A stretch of DNA of 39,045 nucleotides from Alphaproteobacteria bacterium. Its GTDB lineage: Bacteria > Pseudomonadota > Alphaproteobacteria > Rs-D84. The stretch covers positions 1-39,045 of the forward strand of contig JAVBPX010000013.1 of NCBI GenBank assembly GCA_031549365.1, read 5' to 3'. A model generated the notes under the pieces. That model did no database searches. It had not been told where the DNA came from and was given only the letters and a program-made list of their open reading frames with translations. Positions 9,494 through 19,405 of this stretch are shown here, in pieces; the first letter of the stretch is position 1; the number at the start of each line of letters is the position of its first letter. The translations under genes and the position numbers were made by a program.

Positions 9494-10861
9494 ATGTTCA
9501 AAATTGCAATTTTAGGCAGGCCAAATGTTGGAAAATCAACATTATTTAATCAATTGACTCGTCGTCGTGATGCAATTGTTCACGATCGTCCGGGTGTTAC
9601 GAGAGATATTATTATTGGACAGATTGATTGGGGTGGCGTTGAAGCCGAGATTTTAGATACTGCCGGGATTGATTTAAAGATGTCTGGGGATGCGGTTGAA
9701 AAGGCCATGGCGGATCAATCCCTGTATGCTTTGAAGTTGGCGGATGCCGTGTTATTCATTGTTGATGGGCGCCATGGAGTTCATCCGGATGATGTTGCTT
9801 TGGCCAGGATGATTCAAAAATCGGGCAAGCCTGTGTTGTTGGTTATGAATAAAGCTGAATCCAAAAAGGGGACTGAATTTCAATATGATTTTTATAGATT
9901 GGGATTGGGGGATCCGAAACCATTATCTGCCGAACATCGGACGGGATTAGAGCATATTTTTGATTGGTTAAAAACAATGACTTGTAAAAAAAACGAAGAT
10001 GGTATTGATTGCGAAGAGGGTGCGGATAAACCACAACCTTCACGCCCAGTTCGTTTATCAATTGTTGGCCAGCCGAATGTTGGAAAATCAACTTTGATTA
10101 ACAGTATTGTTGGAGAAAATCGTGTGTTGGTTCATGATATGCCTGGGATTACACGTGATACTGTTTTGGTGCCATTTGTGTGGGCCGGTCGTAAGTTGGT
10201 TTTAACAGATACAGCAGGAGTCAGAAAAAAAGCAAAAGTTACGGATGATGTTGAAACAATTTCATCAATCAAAGCATTAAAAGCAATCGAGCAATCGGAT
10301 GTTATTGTTTTGGTTTTAGATGCAACATTAGGATTGGAAAAACAGGATTTAACCCTGGCCGCACGTGTTGCCGAAGAAGGAAGAATTTTAATAGTCGCAT
10401 TAAATAAATGGGATTTAATTAGTTCCGAAGAGCAGGAAGATTTATTATTCAAGTTAAAGAATGAATTTTCAAATTCATTCCATCAGATTATTAAACCAAC
10501 GATTTTGCCAATCAGTGCTATGAAAGGTACGGGTGTCAAAAGTTTAATGAAACGGGTATTCACATTATGGGATTTAACAGATAAACATCATGCGACCAGT
10601 GCGATTAATAGGGCTGTTGAAAAATTAATGGCTGCGACGCCTCCGCCTTTGTCGAAAATGAAAAAGCCGATGAAGGTTAAATTTGCGGCGCAAACAGAAC
10701 AGCGGCCAACCACAGTTACATTAAACGTAAGTGGCGCCACAGAGTTCCCAGAATCATACGAACGTTATTTGCGTAATGGATTGGCTAAAAAATTTGGCTG
10801 GGAGAATTTGGTGGTGCGTATACGCTATAAAAAATCGGAAAATCCGTACGAAAATAATTGA
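9494..10861 (+). CDS. der: Ribosome biogenesis GTPase Der (EngA)
   Basis: Two G domains (GRPNVGKS/DTAG/NKAE; GQPNVGKS/DTAG/NKWD) and a C-terminal SYERYL..L domain; start ATG 9494. Confidence 0.98.
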   Translation: MFKIAILGRPNVGKSTLFNQLTRRRDAIVHDRPGVTRDIIIGQIDWGGVEAEILDTAGIDLKMSGDAVEKAMADQSLYALKLADAVLFIVDGRHGVHPDDVALARMIQKSGKPVLLVMNKAESKKGTEFQYDFYRLGLGDPKPLSAEHRTGLEHIFDWLKTMTCKKNEDGIDCEEGADKPQPSRPVRLSIVGQPNVGKSTLINSIVGENRVLVHDMPGITRDTVLVPFVWAGRKLVLTDTAGVRKKAKVTDDVETISSIKALKAIEQSDVIVLVLDATLGLEKQDLTLAARVAEEGRILIVALNKWDLISSEEQEDLLFKLKNEFSNSFHQIIKPTILPISAMKGTGVKSLMKRVFTLWDLTDKHHATSAINRAVEKLMAATPPPLSKMKKPMKVKFAAQTEQRPTTVTLNVSGATEFPESYERYLRNGLAKKFGWENLVVRIRYKKSENPYENN

Positions 10862-10924
10862 AAATGGGCAATTAAAAACAAGTTCCCTAAATTTTTATAC
10901 TCTGCGCGTTTTGAATTATTTTCG
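10849..10924 (+). repeat. Long palindromic element, copy C (internally deleted; overlaps the last der codons)
   Basis: CGAAAATAAT-TGA...TGA-ATTATTTTCG outer stem; AAAACAAG and TTATACTC retained, apical arm missing. Confidence 0.8.
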
Positions 10925-10962
10925 CGATTTAGTAAATTTCTGGGGGTTGGACGATGTACGTG

Positions 10963-11169
10963 TTAACGACTGTGGGTTTTATATTTTGAGATATGGGTGT
11001 TAATGTTTTTTAAAGTGCTATTAATTAATTCAATCAATTTATCCAAAAATGTTTTATTCATAAAACGCAAACGTTCCATCGCCATTGCGCGGTTCAATTT
11101 TTGCGCACTGTATTGTTTTTCAGTCAGAGTCATTTGTTTTTCACTGTATTTATTCATGATAATCACCAT
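10963..11169 (-). CDS. Small hypothetical protein
   Basis: Starts 4 nt after the DedA stop; helical and basic; start could be the Met at 11157. Confidence 0.5.
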   Translation of the reverse strand: MVIIMNKYSEKQMTLTEKQYSAQKLNRAMAMERLRFMNKTFLDKLIELINSTLKNINTHISKYKTHSR

Positions 11170-11173
11170 TTAT

Positions 11174-11746
11174 TTAAATTAGTGTTAATGCAACAACGCC
11201 AAGCAACATTAAAAGTATTGCCCCAATTGTTAGTGTCCAGAAGTGTTTCATGATCATGTCTTTGGCGGAGGCCTGATATTTCCATAAAAAATAGCCGACA
11301 ATCGCAAAACGCATTGAACGAAATATTCCAGACATGCCGATAAAAAGCCAAGCGTTTATTCCCAAAAAGCCAGCCGCCAAAGCGACCAATTTATATGGTA
11401 CTGGTGTAAACGCAGATATTAAAATAACCAAAAATCCGTATGTCGTAAATAATTGTCGAGCGTGTTCGAATTTTTCAGGATTGCTGAATGTTTCAATCAG
11501 ATATACCCCGACAGAATCAAACATATACATGCCGATAAAGTAAGTAATTATACCGCCAATCAGTGATCCCAAGGACGTCAGTGCAATCACCCACCAAACG
11601 TTTTTGCGGTTGGATATTATAGGAGGAGTCATGAATACTTCGGGTGGGATAAATAAAAATACCGATTCACAGACTGTCAAAAAAAATACCGCGAAAAGTG
11701 CGATTGGTTTGTCTGCTTGTTTGAATAACCATGTTTGTAACTTCAT
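11174..11746 (-). CDS. DedA/YqaA (VTT-domain) membrane protein
   Basis: ESVFLFIPPEV, GSLIGGIITYFIG, FTPVPYKLVALAAG, RSMRF motifs. Confidence 0.92.
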   Translation of the reverse strand: MKLQTWLFKQADKPIALFAVFFLTVCESVFLFIPPEVFMTPPIISNRKNVWWVIALTSLGSLIGGIITYFIGMYMFDSVGVYLIETFSNPEKFEHARQLFTTYGFLVILISAFTPVPYKLVALAAGFLGINAWLFIGMSGIFRSMRFAIVGYFLWKYQASAKDMIMKHFWTLTIGAILLMLLGVVALTLI

Positions 11747-11888
11747 GGGCGACAGTGTAGCGGGTTTTTAAACAAATTGCAAGTGTAGTATAAAAATGTT
11801 GATTTAGGGTGGCGATTAGTGTAGGGTGATCATAGTTAATTTGGATATTAAATAACAAAGGGTCGCGTTGCGACAAGTTTATTAGATT

Positions 11889-11914
11889 GGATTTCAGCCG
11901 ATGCTGGAATGACA
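11889..11914 (+). repeat. REP-like hairpin (GGATTTCAGC..GCTGGAATGACA)
   Basis: 25 of 26 nt identical to 37388-37413. Confidence 0.85.
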
Positions 11915-11935
11915 TAATAGATAAGGGGAAGGATT

Positions 11936-12454
11936 ATGAAAGTTTCGGTTTTATTTAAAAGATTTTTATTGCCATTATTTGGTTTGGTTTTGGCCGACCA
12001 ATTAGTCAAAGGAATTTTATTATTTTTGATTACACAGCGTGTGCCGTTGGTGGCGGACGCTTTTCAAATTGCCCCATTTCCCGTGATGTTTGGATCGTTT
12101 ACTGAATTTTTTAATTTGGTGTTTACTTGGAATCCTGGGACCAGTTTTTCATTGTTTAGATCTATTGGTTTATCGCATCAATTGGGAATTATTGTTATGG
12201 TTTCTATGGTTATTGGGTTTTTGGGTTATCATTTATTATTTCGGGCGAAATCAAAGTTCGAATATACGGCGTTGTTATTAATTGTTGGCGGCGCGCTGGG
12301 TAATTTAATTGATCGTATTCGTTTTGGTGCCGTTATTGATTTTATGGATTTTCACGTTGGAAATTGGCATTTTCCTGCGTTTAATGTGGCCGATGCCTTT
12401 ATCACGATTGGTGTCATGATTTATTTGTATGGTTTATTTCGTAAAAAAATATAA
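11936..12454 (+). CDS. lspA: Lipoprotein signal peptidase II
   Basis: [37 protein letters not shown] motifs. Confidence 0.97.
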   Translation: MKVSVLFKRFLLPLFGLVLADQLVKGILLFLITQRVPLVADAFQIAPFPVMFGSFTEFFNLVFTWNPGTSFSLFRSIGLSHQLGIIVMVSMVIGFLGYHLLFRAKSKFEYTALLLIVGGALGNLIDRIRFGAVIDFMDFHVGNWHFPAFNVADAFITIGVMIYLYGLFRKKI

Positions 12455-12465
12455 AAGGAAGTATT

Positions 12466-14073
12466 ATGGTTAAAGTATTGGAAAAATCAGGTGCGGCGAC
12501 TCCGCAAAAGTCGGTTATTAATTGGGGCCCATTTTGGTGGTTTTTGTTGTTCTTTTCATTGACTTGGTTAATTTATGGAACTTTTTTTCAGACCAAGCCT
12601 GTTGCCGAAGAAGTTCAAAAAAATGTCGAGATGTCGATGGATTTATCAAATGTTGCACGGGTTAATTTAGAGAGCTCGGTGGATGCAATTACAGTTCAAG
12701 GATTACGTGTTAGCGATGTTGCTTTGAAACATTATTTTGAAAATCAGGGTGAAAATGAGCCTATTAAATTATTGGCAGGAGAAAAAGATTTTGTCGAGGT
12801 TGGGTTTTTATCATCGAACACAAATGTGCCAGAAGTTACAACAAAGTGGAATGTTGTTGCGAAATCGTCCAACAGTATCGAAATGAAATATGTAAATTCA
12901 GCAGGGGTTCAATTTACACGTTTTGTTACGGTTGGGGAAAATTATGTAGTATCAATTCGTGATGTGGTTTCAAACAGATCCAAGGCCGATATTGCTGTGT
13001 TGCCGTATGCCCGTGTTGTTCGATTTGCTGATTCAAAAGATGGCGCAAAGTTGGCGGTTAGTCAGGGCGGAATTGCGAATGTTGATTCAAGTATTGAACG
13101 TGAAAGTTGGTCCAGAATTGTTAAAAAACCACGCGTTTTTGAAGGCGCAGCAGGATTCGTTGGGTTTACAGATCAATATTGGCAGACAATTGTTTCAGTC
13201 GATTCGTTGGGCCAAACAATTCGTATGAAACAACGCAATGACGAATTATTCCAAGCAGATGTTCAGGCCGAAGCTGTTGTTATTAAAGCGGGCGAAACAC
13301 GTGAATTGAGTGCCAATGTTTTTGCCGGACCAAAATCGCAAAAGATTTTAAAAGAAGCTGCGACCGTTATGGCTGGTGTTGATATGACCATGGATTATGG
13401 TTGGTTTTTCTTTCTGTCGCGACCATTTTTATGGGCAATGACTGCGTTAAATACTTTGGTTGGAAATTATGGAATTGCGATCATTATTTTGACTCTGATT
13501 TTGCGTATTTTAATGTATCCACTGACTAAAAAATCATATAAATCAATGGCCGCTATGAAACAATTACAGCCAGAGATGAAGCGTATTCAAGAAAAATATG
13601 CAAATGATAAAATGCGTATGCAGCAAGAAATGATGTTGTTATATCAACGTACAAAAATTTCTCCGATGGGCGGATGTTTGCCGATGTTGTTACAGATCCC
13701 AATATTTTTTGCGTTATATAAAGCTTTGGTGATTTCTGTTGATATGAGGCACGCAGGTTTTTTATGGATGCCGGATTTGTCAGTGGCTGATCCAACAAGC
13801 ATAGTTAATTTGTTTGGATTATTACCATTTGCCATTCCAGCATGGATGCCTGCGTTGGGGTTGTTGCCAATATTGATGGGTATTACAATGTGGTGGCAAC
13901 AAAAAATGCAAAGCGGTAATTTGGGCGATTCCCCAATGCCAGGTATGTGGATCATGAAATGGTTGCCGGTGATATTTGTATTTTTCTTTGCCGGATTGCC
14001 AGCGGGATTAGTGTTGTATTGGACGGTATCGAATTTGTTGGTTATATTACAACTGAAGTTCTTTAACAAATAA
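12466..14073 (+). CDS. yidC: Membrane protein insertase YidC
   Basis: Periplasmic domain, DYGW, NYGIAII, GGCLPMLLQIPIFFALY, PAGLVLYW motifs. Confidence 0.98.
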   Translation: MVKVLEKSGAATPQKSVINWGPFWWFLLFFSLTWLIYGTFFQTKPVAEEVQKNVEMSMDLSNVARVNLESSVDAITVQGLRVSDVALKHYFENQGENEPIKLLAGEKDFVEVGFLSSNTNVPEVTTKWNVVAKSSNSIEMKYVNSAGVQFTRFVTVGENYVVSIRDVVSNRSKADIAVLPYARVVRFADSKDGAKLAVSQGGIANVDSSIERESWSRIVKKPRVFEGAAGFVGFTDQYWQTIVSVDSLGQTIRMKQRNDELFQADVQAEAVVIKAGETRELSANVFAGPKSQKILKEAATVMAGVDMTMDYGWFFFLSRPFLWAMTALNTLVGNYGIAIIILTLILRILMYPLTKKSYKSMAAMKQLQPEMKRIQEKYANDKMRMQQEMMLLYQRTKISPMGGCLPMLLQIPIFFALYKALVISVDMRHAGFLWMPDLSVADPTSIVNLFGLLPFAIPAWMPALGLLPILMGITMWWQQKMQSGNLGDSPMPGMWIMKWLPVIFVFFFAGLPAGLVLYWTVSNLLVILQLKFFNK

Positions 14074-14201
14074 AAACCATTGAAAACGCATCACTTTTAA
14101 ACAAGTTTACCGTTTTTCAGAACCCTTATGTATGTTTGTATACACCCCGGGTCCTGAAAAACGGTAAATTCTTTATAATTAATACATTTTGAATGGTTTT
14201 A
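14071..14201 (+). repeat. Long palindromic element, copy D (starts on the yidC TAA)
   Basis: AAAACCAT-TGA...TGA-ATGGTTTT; inner TTTACCGTTTTTCAG/CTGAAAAACGGTAAA; apical CCTTATGTATG..TATACACCCCGG. Confidence 0.9.
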
Positions 14202-14520
14202 ATAATCGCGTGAAACCGACCCCGGAATGAATTAATTTTTGAATGGTAATGATAAAAATTTATGAATTCCCGGTCGTTACCGACGGGCAAGCGGTGCAAG
14301 CGTTAATTCAGATTTGACATAGTCGAAAATGCGCCCTTGGGATCAACGAGCCCATCCAATCATAGATTGAGGGTTCTATTACATAAGACAAAACATTTGG
14401 TTGATAGAATATACAAAGAGTCTGTTATGGAAAAAGAGGCCCAGCATATTGGAGAGTTTGTAAAGAGAGAGGTTCCGATTATTATTAAATCCCGTTTGGA
14501 TGAGGGGCGTTTAAAATAAT

Positions 14521-15711
14521 TTAGTGGCCGGTGGCAGACAATTGAACGTCACGATAAATATATGTGTTTTCAACAAGGCCCAAGCCGAACATTAGAGCGA
14601 GTAGTGATGATCCGCCAAAGCTCATTAATGGTAATGGTACGCCGACCGTTGGTAATAAGCCCATAACCATTGCGGTGTTAATAAAATAATACGTAAAGAA
14701 GTTTATGCCGACGCCGAAGGTCAGCAATTGACCAAATCGGTTACGTGTGGTTTTTGCAATCCAAAATATTACAGATATGATTGCTGTATATATCATCAGT
14801 AGAAAAAAGCCGCCGATGAAACCCAATTCTTCGCCCAGCATCGTGAAGATAAAATCAGTTTGTTTTTCGGGTAAAAAATTTAAGTGGGATTGGGATCCGT
14901 TTAAATATCCTTTGCCCTTCCATCCGCCAGAGCCGAGGGCGATTTTAGCCTGATTTATCTGATACCCGCCGCCACGAATGTCGCGCGATGGATCGATAAA
15001 TGTCATCACGCGTTCGCGTTGATAATCATGCAGGCCATATGACCAAGCGATTGGGGCGATTACCAAAACAGATGCGATTGCAATCATAATCCATTTGCGT
15101 GGAAAGCCCGCGATGAAAAACATCCCGCCGCCGACCATCATTAGTGTTATAGCTGTGCCCAAGTCCGGTTGTTTTAAAACAAGCACGAACGGCATCAGTA
15201 CGATTAAAATTGGAACAATCATTTTTTTTGGTTGGGTCATTTCATGTGCTGTCATCCAGGAAAAATAACGGGCGAGTGCCAAAATAACAGCGATTTTAAT
15301 AAATTCAGACGGCTGGATTGCGAAAAAACCCAGGTTCAACCAACGTTGGGCGCCCATGCCAGTATGGCCGATAAAGCTGACCAGGATTACCAATATAAAT
15401 ATAACAGCATAGATTCCGTATGCAGATTTTATCCAGGTTTTAATGTTCCCAAGCGCCGTTGCAAAGAAAACCACGAGTGCGAATAAAATTTTAAACAATT
15501 GTGATTTTGCCCATGGATCCCATGATCCAAATGTGTACAGGCATTCCGATTGGTCAGGGCATGGTTTATAGCCTGCGGAATATAGGATAATCAGGCTGAG
15601 CGATAATATTACTGCAATCATTGCAAATAGGGGCCAGTTCATGCGGGACAGGCGTTCCGAAAACGACATGTTTTCAGCGCGAGAAACACGTGATGATGTT
15701 TTTTTAATCAT
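14521..15711 (-). CDS. rodA: Rod shape-determining protein RodA (SEDS)
   Basis: GAQRW, QPSEFIK, QPDLGT, PEKQTDFIF, GVPLPLMSFGGSS; downstream of PBP2. Confidence 0.97.
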   Translation of the reverse strand: MIKKTSSRVSRAENMSFSERLSRMNWPLFAMIAVILSLSLIILYSAGYKPCPDQSECLYTFGSWDPWAKSQLFKILFALVVFFATALGNIKTWIKSAYGIYAVIFILVILVSFIGHTGMGAQRWLNLGFFAIQPSEFIKIAVILALARYFSWMTAHEMTQPKKMIVPILIVLMPFVLVLKQPDLGTAITLMMVGGGMFFIAGFPRKWIMIAIASVLVIAPIAWSYGLHDYQRERVMTFIDPSRDIRGGGYQINQAKIALGSGGWKGKGYLNGSQSHLNFLPEKQTDFIFTMLGEELGFIGGFFLLMIYTAIISVIFWIAKTTRNRFGQLLTFGVGINFFTYYFINTAMVMGLLPTVGVPLPLMSFGGSSLLALMFGLGLVENTYIYRDVQLSATGH

Positions 15712-17527
15712 TTGGCATAACCTTTAGAGTTTCGCGCATAATTGATGCAGCTACGTGGCCTGCGATGGATCCGGAATTTCCGTGTTCCAATAAAACAGAT
15801 ATGGCATAGCGTGGATTTTCAGTTGGCGCATATCCAACAAACATAGCGTGGTTGCGCAAGTGGTATGGAAGGGATGCGGATGAGCGGACGCCTGTGGCGC
15901 GTTCCTCGGTCGTGATTCTGCGAACCTGGGAGGTGCCGGTTTTGCCGCCCATTTTTTGACCATTCACATTAATCGCTGATAGTGATGCGGTCCCGTCCGT
16001 AGTGGTTACGCGGTTAAGACCGTGCATTACTGCGTCGATATGTTTTTGCGAAATTCCAATTGATGGAAATTCGTTTCTGGATGTTGAATCCATCATTAAT
16101 GTTGGCATTATTTCGCGGCCGGATACGGCGCGGGCGGTCATTATAGCCAGTTGTAAAGGGGTTGATAGGACGAAACCCTGACCAATTCCGGTTAAAATTG
16201 TATCTGCGTGCCTCCAGGTTTGGCCGACGTTTTTTTCCTTCCACCGTTTGTCCGGCAATAAACCAGGGTGTTCGCCAAGTAAATCTTCCAATAATGTTTG
16301 CCCCATACCCAAGCGTTTGGCCATGTTGCGGATTGCGTCAATTCCAACGCGGAGAGCAACTTGGTAAAAATAGACGTCGCAAGAATGCGCAAGTGCGTCG
16401 GATAGGTTTTGCCAACCGTGGCCATCCTTTTCCCAGCAATGGTATCGGTGTGTTCCATAGTTCCAGCCGCCGTCGCAGTATATTTTTTCGGTCGGAGTTA
16501 TGGCGCCAGTTTCAAGGGCCGCCAAGGCAACCACGATTTTGAAGGTGGAACCGGGAGGGTAGGCCCCCTCGATACATTTGTTCAAAAATGGTTTATATGG
16601 GTTGTTTTGTAATTCAGTCAAATGCGATTCTGAATTTTCGCCCTGAAATAATTGTGGATTAAATGATGGCGTCGAAGTCATGGCAAGTATTCCGCCAGTT
16701 TTAATATCAATTACAACAGATGCGCCGGATGTATGTGGTTCAAGTGCGCGTTCCATTTGTTTTTGAATAGCAGAATTTATGGTCAGTTTTAAGTCTGTGC
16801 CGCGTATGGCGGGCATGGCGTCTGAGGAGAAATCCTCGATCACGCGGCCAAGGGCGTCAACCATGAAAACATTGCGGCCAGCGGTGCCGCGCAATAACGG
16901 ATCATAGCGACGTTCGATGCCGTATTTCCCAGTTTTAAAATACGGAGCCTCCATCATGGAATCAAATCTTTTTTTTATATCAGATTCCGATACGTCCCCA
17001 ACGTATCCAATTGCGTGTGATGCAAAGTTGCCGTTTGGATACATTCGTGTAAAACCCTGTTCAACGTGCAGGCCGGGTAATTGTTCGCGAAGACTTTGCA
17101 GTTCGGCCATTTGTTCCCAGGTTAAATTTTCGCGGACGAGAGTTGGAACAAATGAACGTTGTTTTTCGATTTTTTCGTTTATGCGTTTTAATTCTCGAGC
17201 GTTTAATTTTAATTCGCGAGTTAAGCGGTCGATTACGTTCGAAACATTGCCGTTTTGGTCGGTTGTTTCCTTGGGTATAATATAAACGCGGTATGTGGGT
17301 TTATTTGTTACAATAATTTCATTATTCATATCCAACATTTTGCCGCGTTCTGGTAATATTGGTTGGATGCGTAAATAATTATTATCAGATAGTTTTTTAT
17401 AATGTTTATGACTGAACACTTGTAATTGAACCATCCGCATGACCAAGATTGATGTCATGATAAGTCCGCCAGATATTAACAGTACAGAACGACGATCAAA
17501 AATAGCGGATAGTTCGCGATCAATCAT
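15704..17527 (-). CDS. mrdA: Penicillin-binding protein 2
   Basis: STFK, SCD and KTG transpeptidase motifs; PERG dimerisation domain; between mreD and rodA. Confidence 0.97.
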   Translation of the reverse strand: MIDRELSAIFDRRSVLLISGGLIMTSILVMRMVQLQVFSHKHYKKLSDNNYLRIQPILPERGKMLDMNNEIIVTNKPTYRVYIIPKETTDQNGNVSNVIDRLTRELKLNARELKRINEKIEKQRSFVPTLVRENLTWEQMAELQSLREQLPGLHVEQGFTRMYPNGNFASHAIGYVGDVSESDIKKRFDSMMEAPYFKTGKYGIERRYDPLLRGTAGRNVFMVDALGRVIEDFSSDAMPAIRGTDLKLTINSAIQKQMERALEPHTSGASVVIDIKTGGILAMTSTPSFNPQLFQGENSESHLTELQNNPYKPFLNKCIEGAYPPGSTFKIVVALAALETGAITPTEKIYCDGGWNYGTHRYHCWEKDGHGWQNLSDALAHSCDVYFYQVALRVGIDAIRNMAKRLGMGQTLLEDLLGEHPGLLPDKRWKEKNVGQTWRHADTILTGIGQGFVLSTPLQLAIMTARAVSGREIMPTLMMDSTSRNEFPSIGISQKHIDAVMHGLNRVTTTDGTASLSAINVNGQKMGGKTGTSQVRRITTEERATGVRSSASLPYHLRNHAMFVGYAPTENPRYAISVLLEHGNSGSIAGHVAASIMRETLKVMPND

Positions 17528-18012
17528 TTACGCCCCCAAGACATCAATTTGTTAAATATCAGCGATAGCGGGTAATATAAACAGCATGTTAAAATTATTG
17601 TCCAGATCAACATAGTTAATGAAATCAATGCACCAGATGCAATTGATGAAATGGCGCCCATTATAATTAATGCGCACGACATAATGCATGAAAAGAAAAA
17701 CCAAGAATTCATTTTTTGTTGGGTTAAATTAAATATGTTTTGGATTCCCAAAACGCCATAAATTAACAGAAATAAAAATGTGTGCATTAGTAGAGTATCG
17801 TTTGTGTAGTCCAATAACAAAAACATTAAAAAGGCAATTGAAAATGGTAATTTATTTGGATAATAAATAATGAAAAAGAATGCGGGAATTACCATTAATA
17901 TGCCGCCTGGGTTCCAGATTGGGTGCGACAAATTCCAAAATATTAAAAGCAACGCGGTTGGTAAAATCGCATGGAATGCATTTGTGAACCAGGTTGGTGT
18001 TTTTAATTTCAT
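17524..18012 (-). CDS. mreD: MreD-like membrane protein
   Basis: 162 aa, about 5 TM; position between mreC and mrdA; divergent sequence. Confidence 0.7.
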   Translation of the reverse strand: MKLKTPTWFTNAFHAILPTALLLIFWNLSHPIWNPGGILMVIPAFFFIIYYPNKLPFSIAFLMFLLLDYTNDTLLMHTFLFLLIYGVLGIQNIFNLTQQKMNSWFFFSCIMSCALIIMGAISSIASGALISLTMLIWTIILTCCLYYPLSLIFNKLMSWGRK

Positions 18013-18908
18013 TAATTGTCCCCAGGTGCAAATTTTTTCGTTATATTTTTGTAATTTTCGGCATAGTCGAATAATAAAACCTGGACTGATGTAAGTGAAG
18101 ACACCGGGGCGTATAATTTTATGGATGCTGTATTGTTTGCAAATACCGAGCCAATGTATCCAACTGGAATGTTTTCTGGGAACGTATCCCGGATGCCAGA
18201 TGTCATGATTGGTGTTCCAGAATCCGGTCGAAATGATGGGTCCGAGAATAATTCAAACAAAGGTTTTGATGTATTATTTCCGCGGATAAATCCGTAAACG
18301 TTTGTGCCTGGGACACGGACTGGGACCGAGGAGGTTATATCAGTTATGCTTTTTATTTGAGAATAATTATCTGTTGTTTGGATTACTGTGCCAACCAATT
18401 CACCAGATGCAGATAATACAATCATCCCTGGTTTTACCCCGTGTGCGGAACCTGTATTAATCATGAAATTATGGTGTAGAGAGCTTTTGTTATTATGGAT
18501 GATTTCGGCCCAGACCAATTTGTGTTTAGAGCCCGATACCATTTTTAATTGGGTGCGTAATTTTTCGTTTTCCGCAGTCAGGATTTGGTTTTGGTGCTCG
18601 GTAGATAATTTTTCGTCCAACATTTTACGTAATTCAACGTTTTCAGATGATGCCCGGTTTAAGTCCCCGATGTGTGATACAAAATTAATTGATGCACGAA
18701 AAGGCCAAGAAATTGCGTTTGCAACAGGTGTTGCAACGGCAACCAGAGGACGTTGGATTGCGGATAAAACGTGATAGTCTGGTTTTTCCAATAAAATATA
18801 TAAAAAAAACATTGGGATCATGCCAACAATAAATGCGCGTTTTAAAAAACGTAATGTGCCCTGAATTTGGGCCAAAAATCCGCCAGTTTTTTTGTTTGAT
18901 GCCTTCAT
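18012..18908 (-). CDS. mreC: Rod shape-determining protein MreC
   Basis: TM, coiled coil (ENEKLR), INTGSAHGVKPGMIV, TSG..FP..IPVG; start MKAS at 18908. Confidence 0.92.
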   Translation of the reverse strand: MKASNKKTGGFLAQIQGTLRFLKRAFIVGMIPMFFLYILLEKPDYHVLSAIQRPLVAVATPVANAISWPFRASINFVSHIGDLNRASSENVELRKMLDEKLSTEHQNQILTAENEKLRTQLKMVSGSKHKLVWAEIIHNNKSSLHHNFMINTGSAHGVKPGMIVLSASGELVGTVIQTTDNYSQIKSITDITSSVPVRVPGTNVYGFIRGNNTSKPLFELFSDPSFRPDSGTPIMTSGIRDTFPENIPVGYIGSVFANNTASIKLYAPVSSLTSVQVLLFDYAENYKNITKKFAPGDN

Positions 18909-19041
18909 CGAAAATCCCCAAGGTTTGTGCCGTTGTGTTATACCAATGTTTTTAGTAAAATGCAATTGCTTTTCTTTTTAGTTGATTTTTACTTTTTTAT
19001 AGGTTATAAATTGGAAACTTGTGAAATAAAAGGGGTTCATT

Positions 19042-19173
19042 ATGAAAATTTTAAGTTCTTTGAAAGGTTGGAAAAAACGCGGAAAATTGAAACAAATTCG
19101 CCGTGGAAAACAGGTTTTGTTGATTGATCCGGCTAATCCAAAATTCAAAGCCAAGCAAGGCCAGAAAAAATAA
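19042..19173 (+). CDS. rpmJ: 50S ribosomal protein bL36 (Cys-free type); absent from the ORF track
   Basis: Hand translation MKILSSLKGWKKRGKLKQIRRGKQVLLIDPANPKFKAKQGQKK; SD AGGGG. Confidence 0.92.
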   Translation: MKILSSLKGWKKRGKLKQIRRGKQVLLIDPANPKFKAKQGQKK

Positions 19174-19301
19174 AATCGCGTGAAAACGGGCGATTAAAAA
19201 CAAGTCCCCCAAATTTTTAGACACTTGTGTATTTCTGTATATACCGCGTGCCTAAAAATTTGGGGGATTCTTTATACTCATCCAGTTTTGACGCGATTTT
19301 A
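19171..19301 (+). repeat. Long palindromic element, copy E (starts on the rpmJ TAA)
   Basis: TAAAATCGCG-TGA...TGA-CGCGATTTTA; inner TCCCCCAAATTTTTAG/CTAAAAATTTGGGGGA; closest to copy A. Confidence 0.92.
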
Positions 19302-19405
19302 GAGTTTAAAATAAAGAGTATTGGGCTGCGTTTTTAAATTTATTTTTTCGGGTTTGATTTTTTATCTTTTTTTGGTACAGTGTCTTTTAACAAAAGGGTG
19401 AATTT

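Noticed and set aside
14337-14519. 60-aa ORF between yidC and rodA
   Set aside because: TTG start, no clear SD and no recognisable family; may be a fragment but is unsupported
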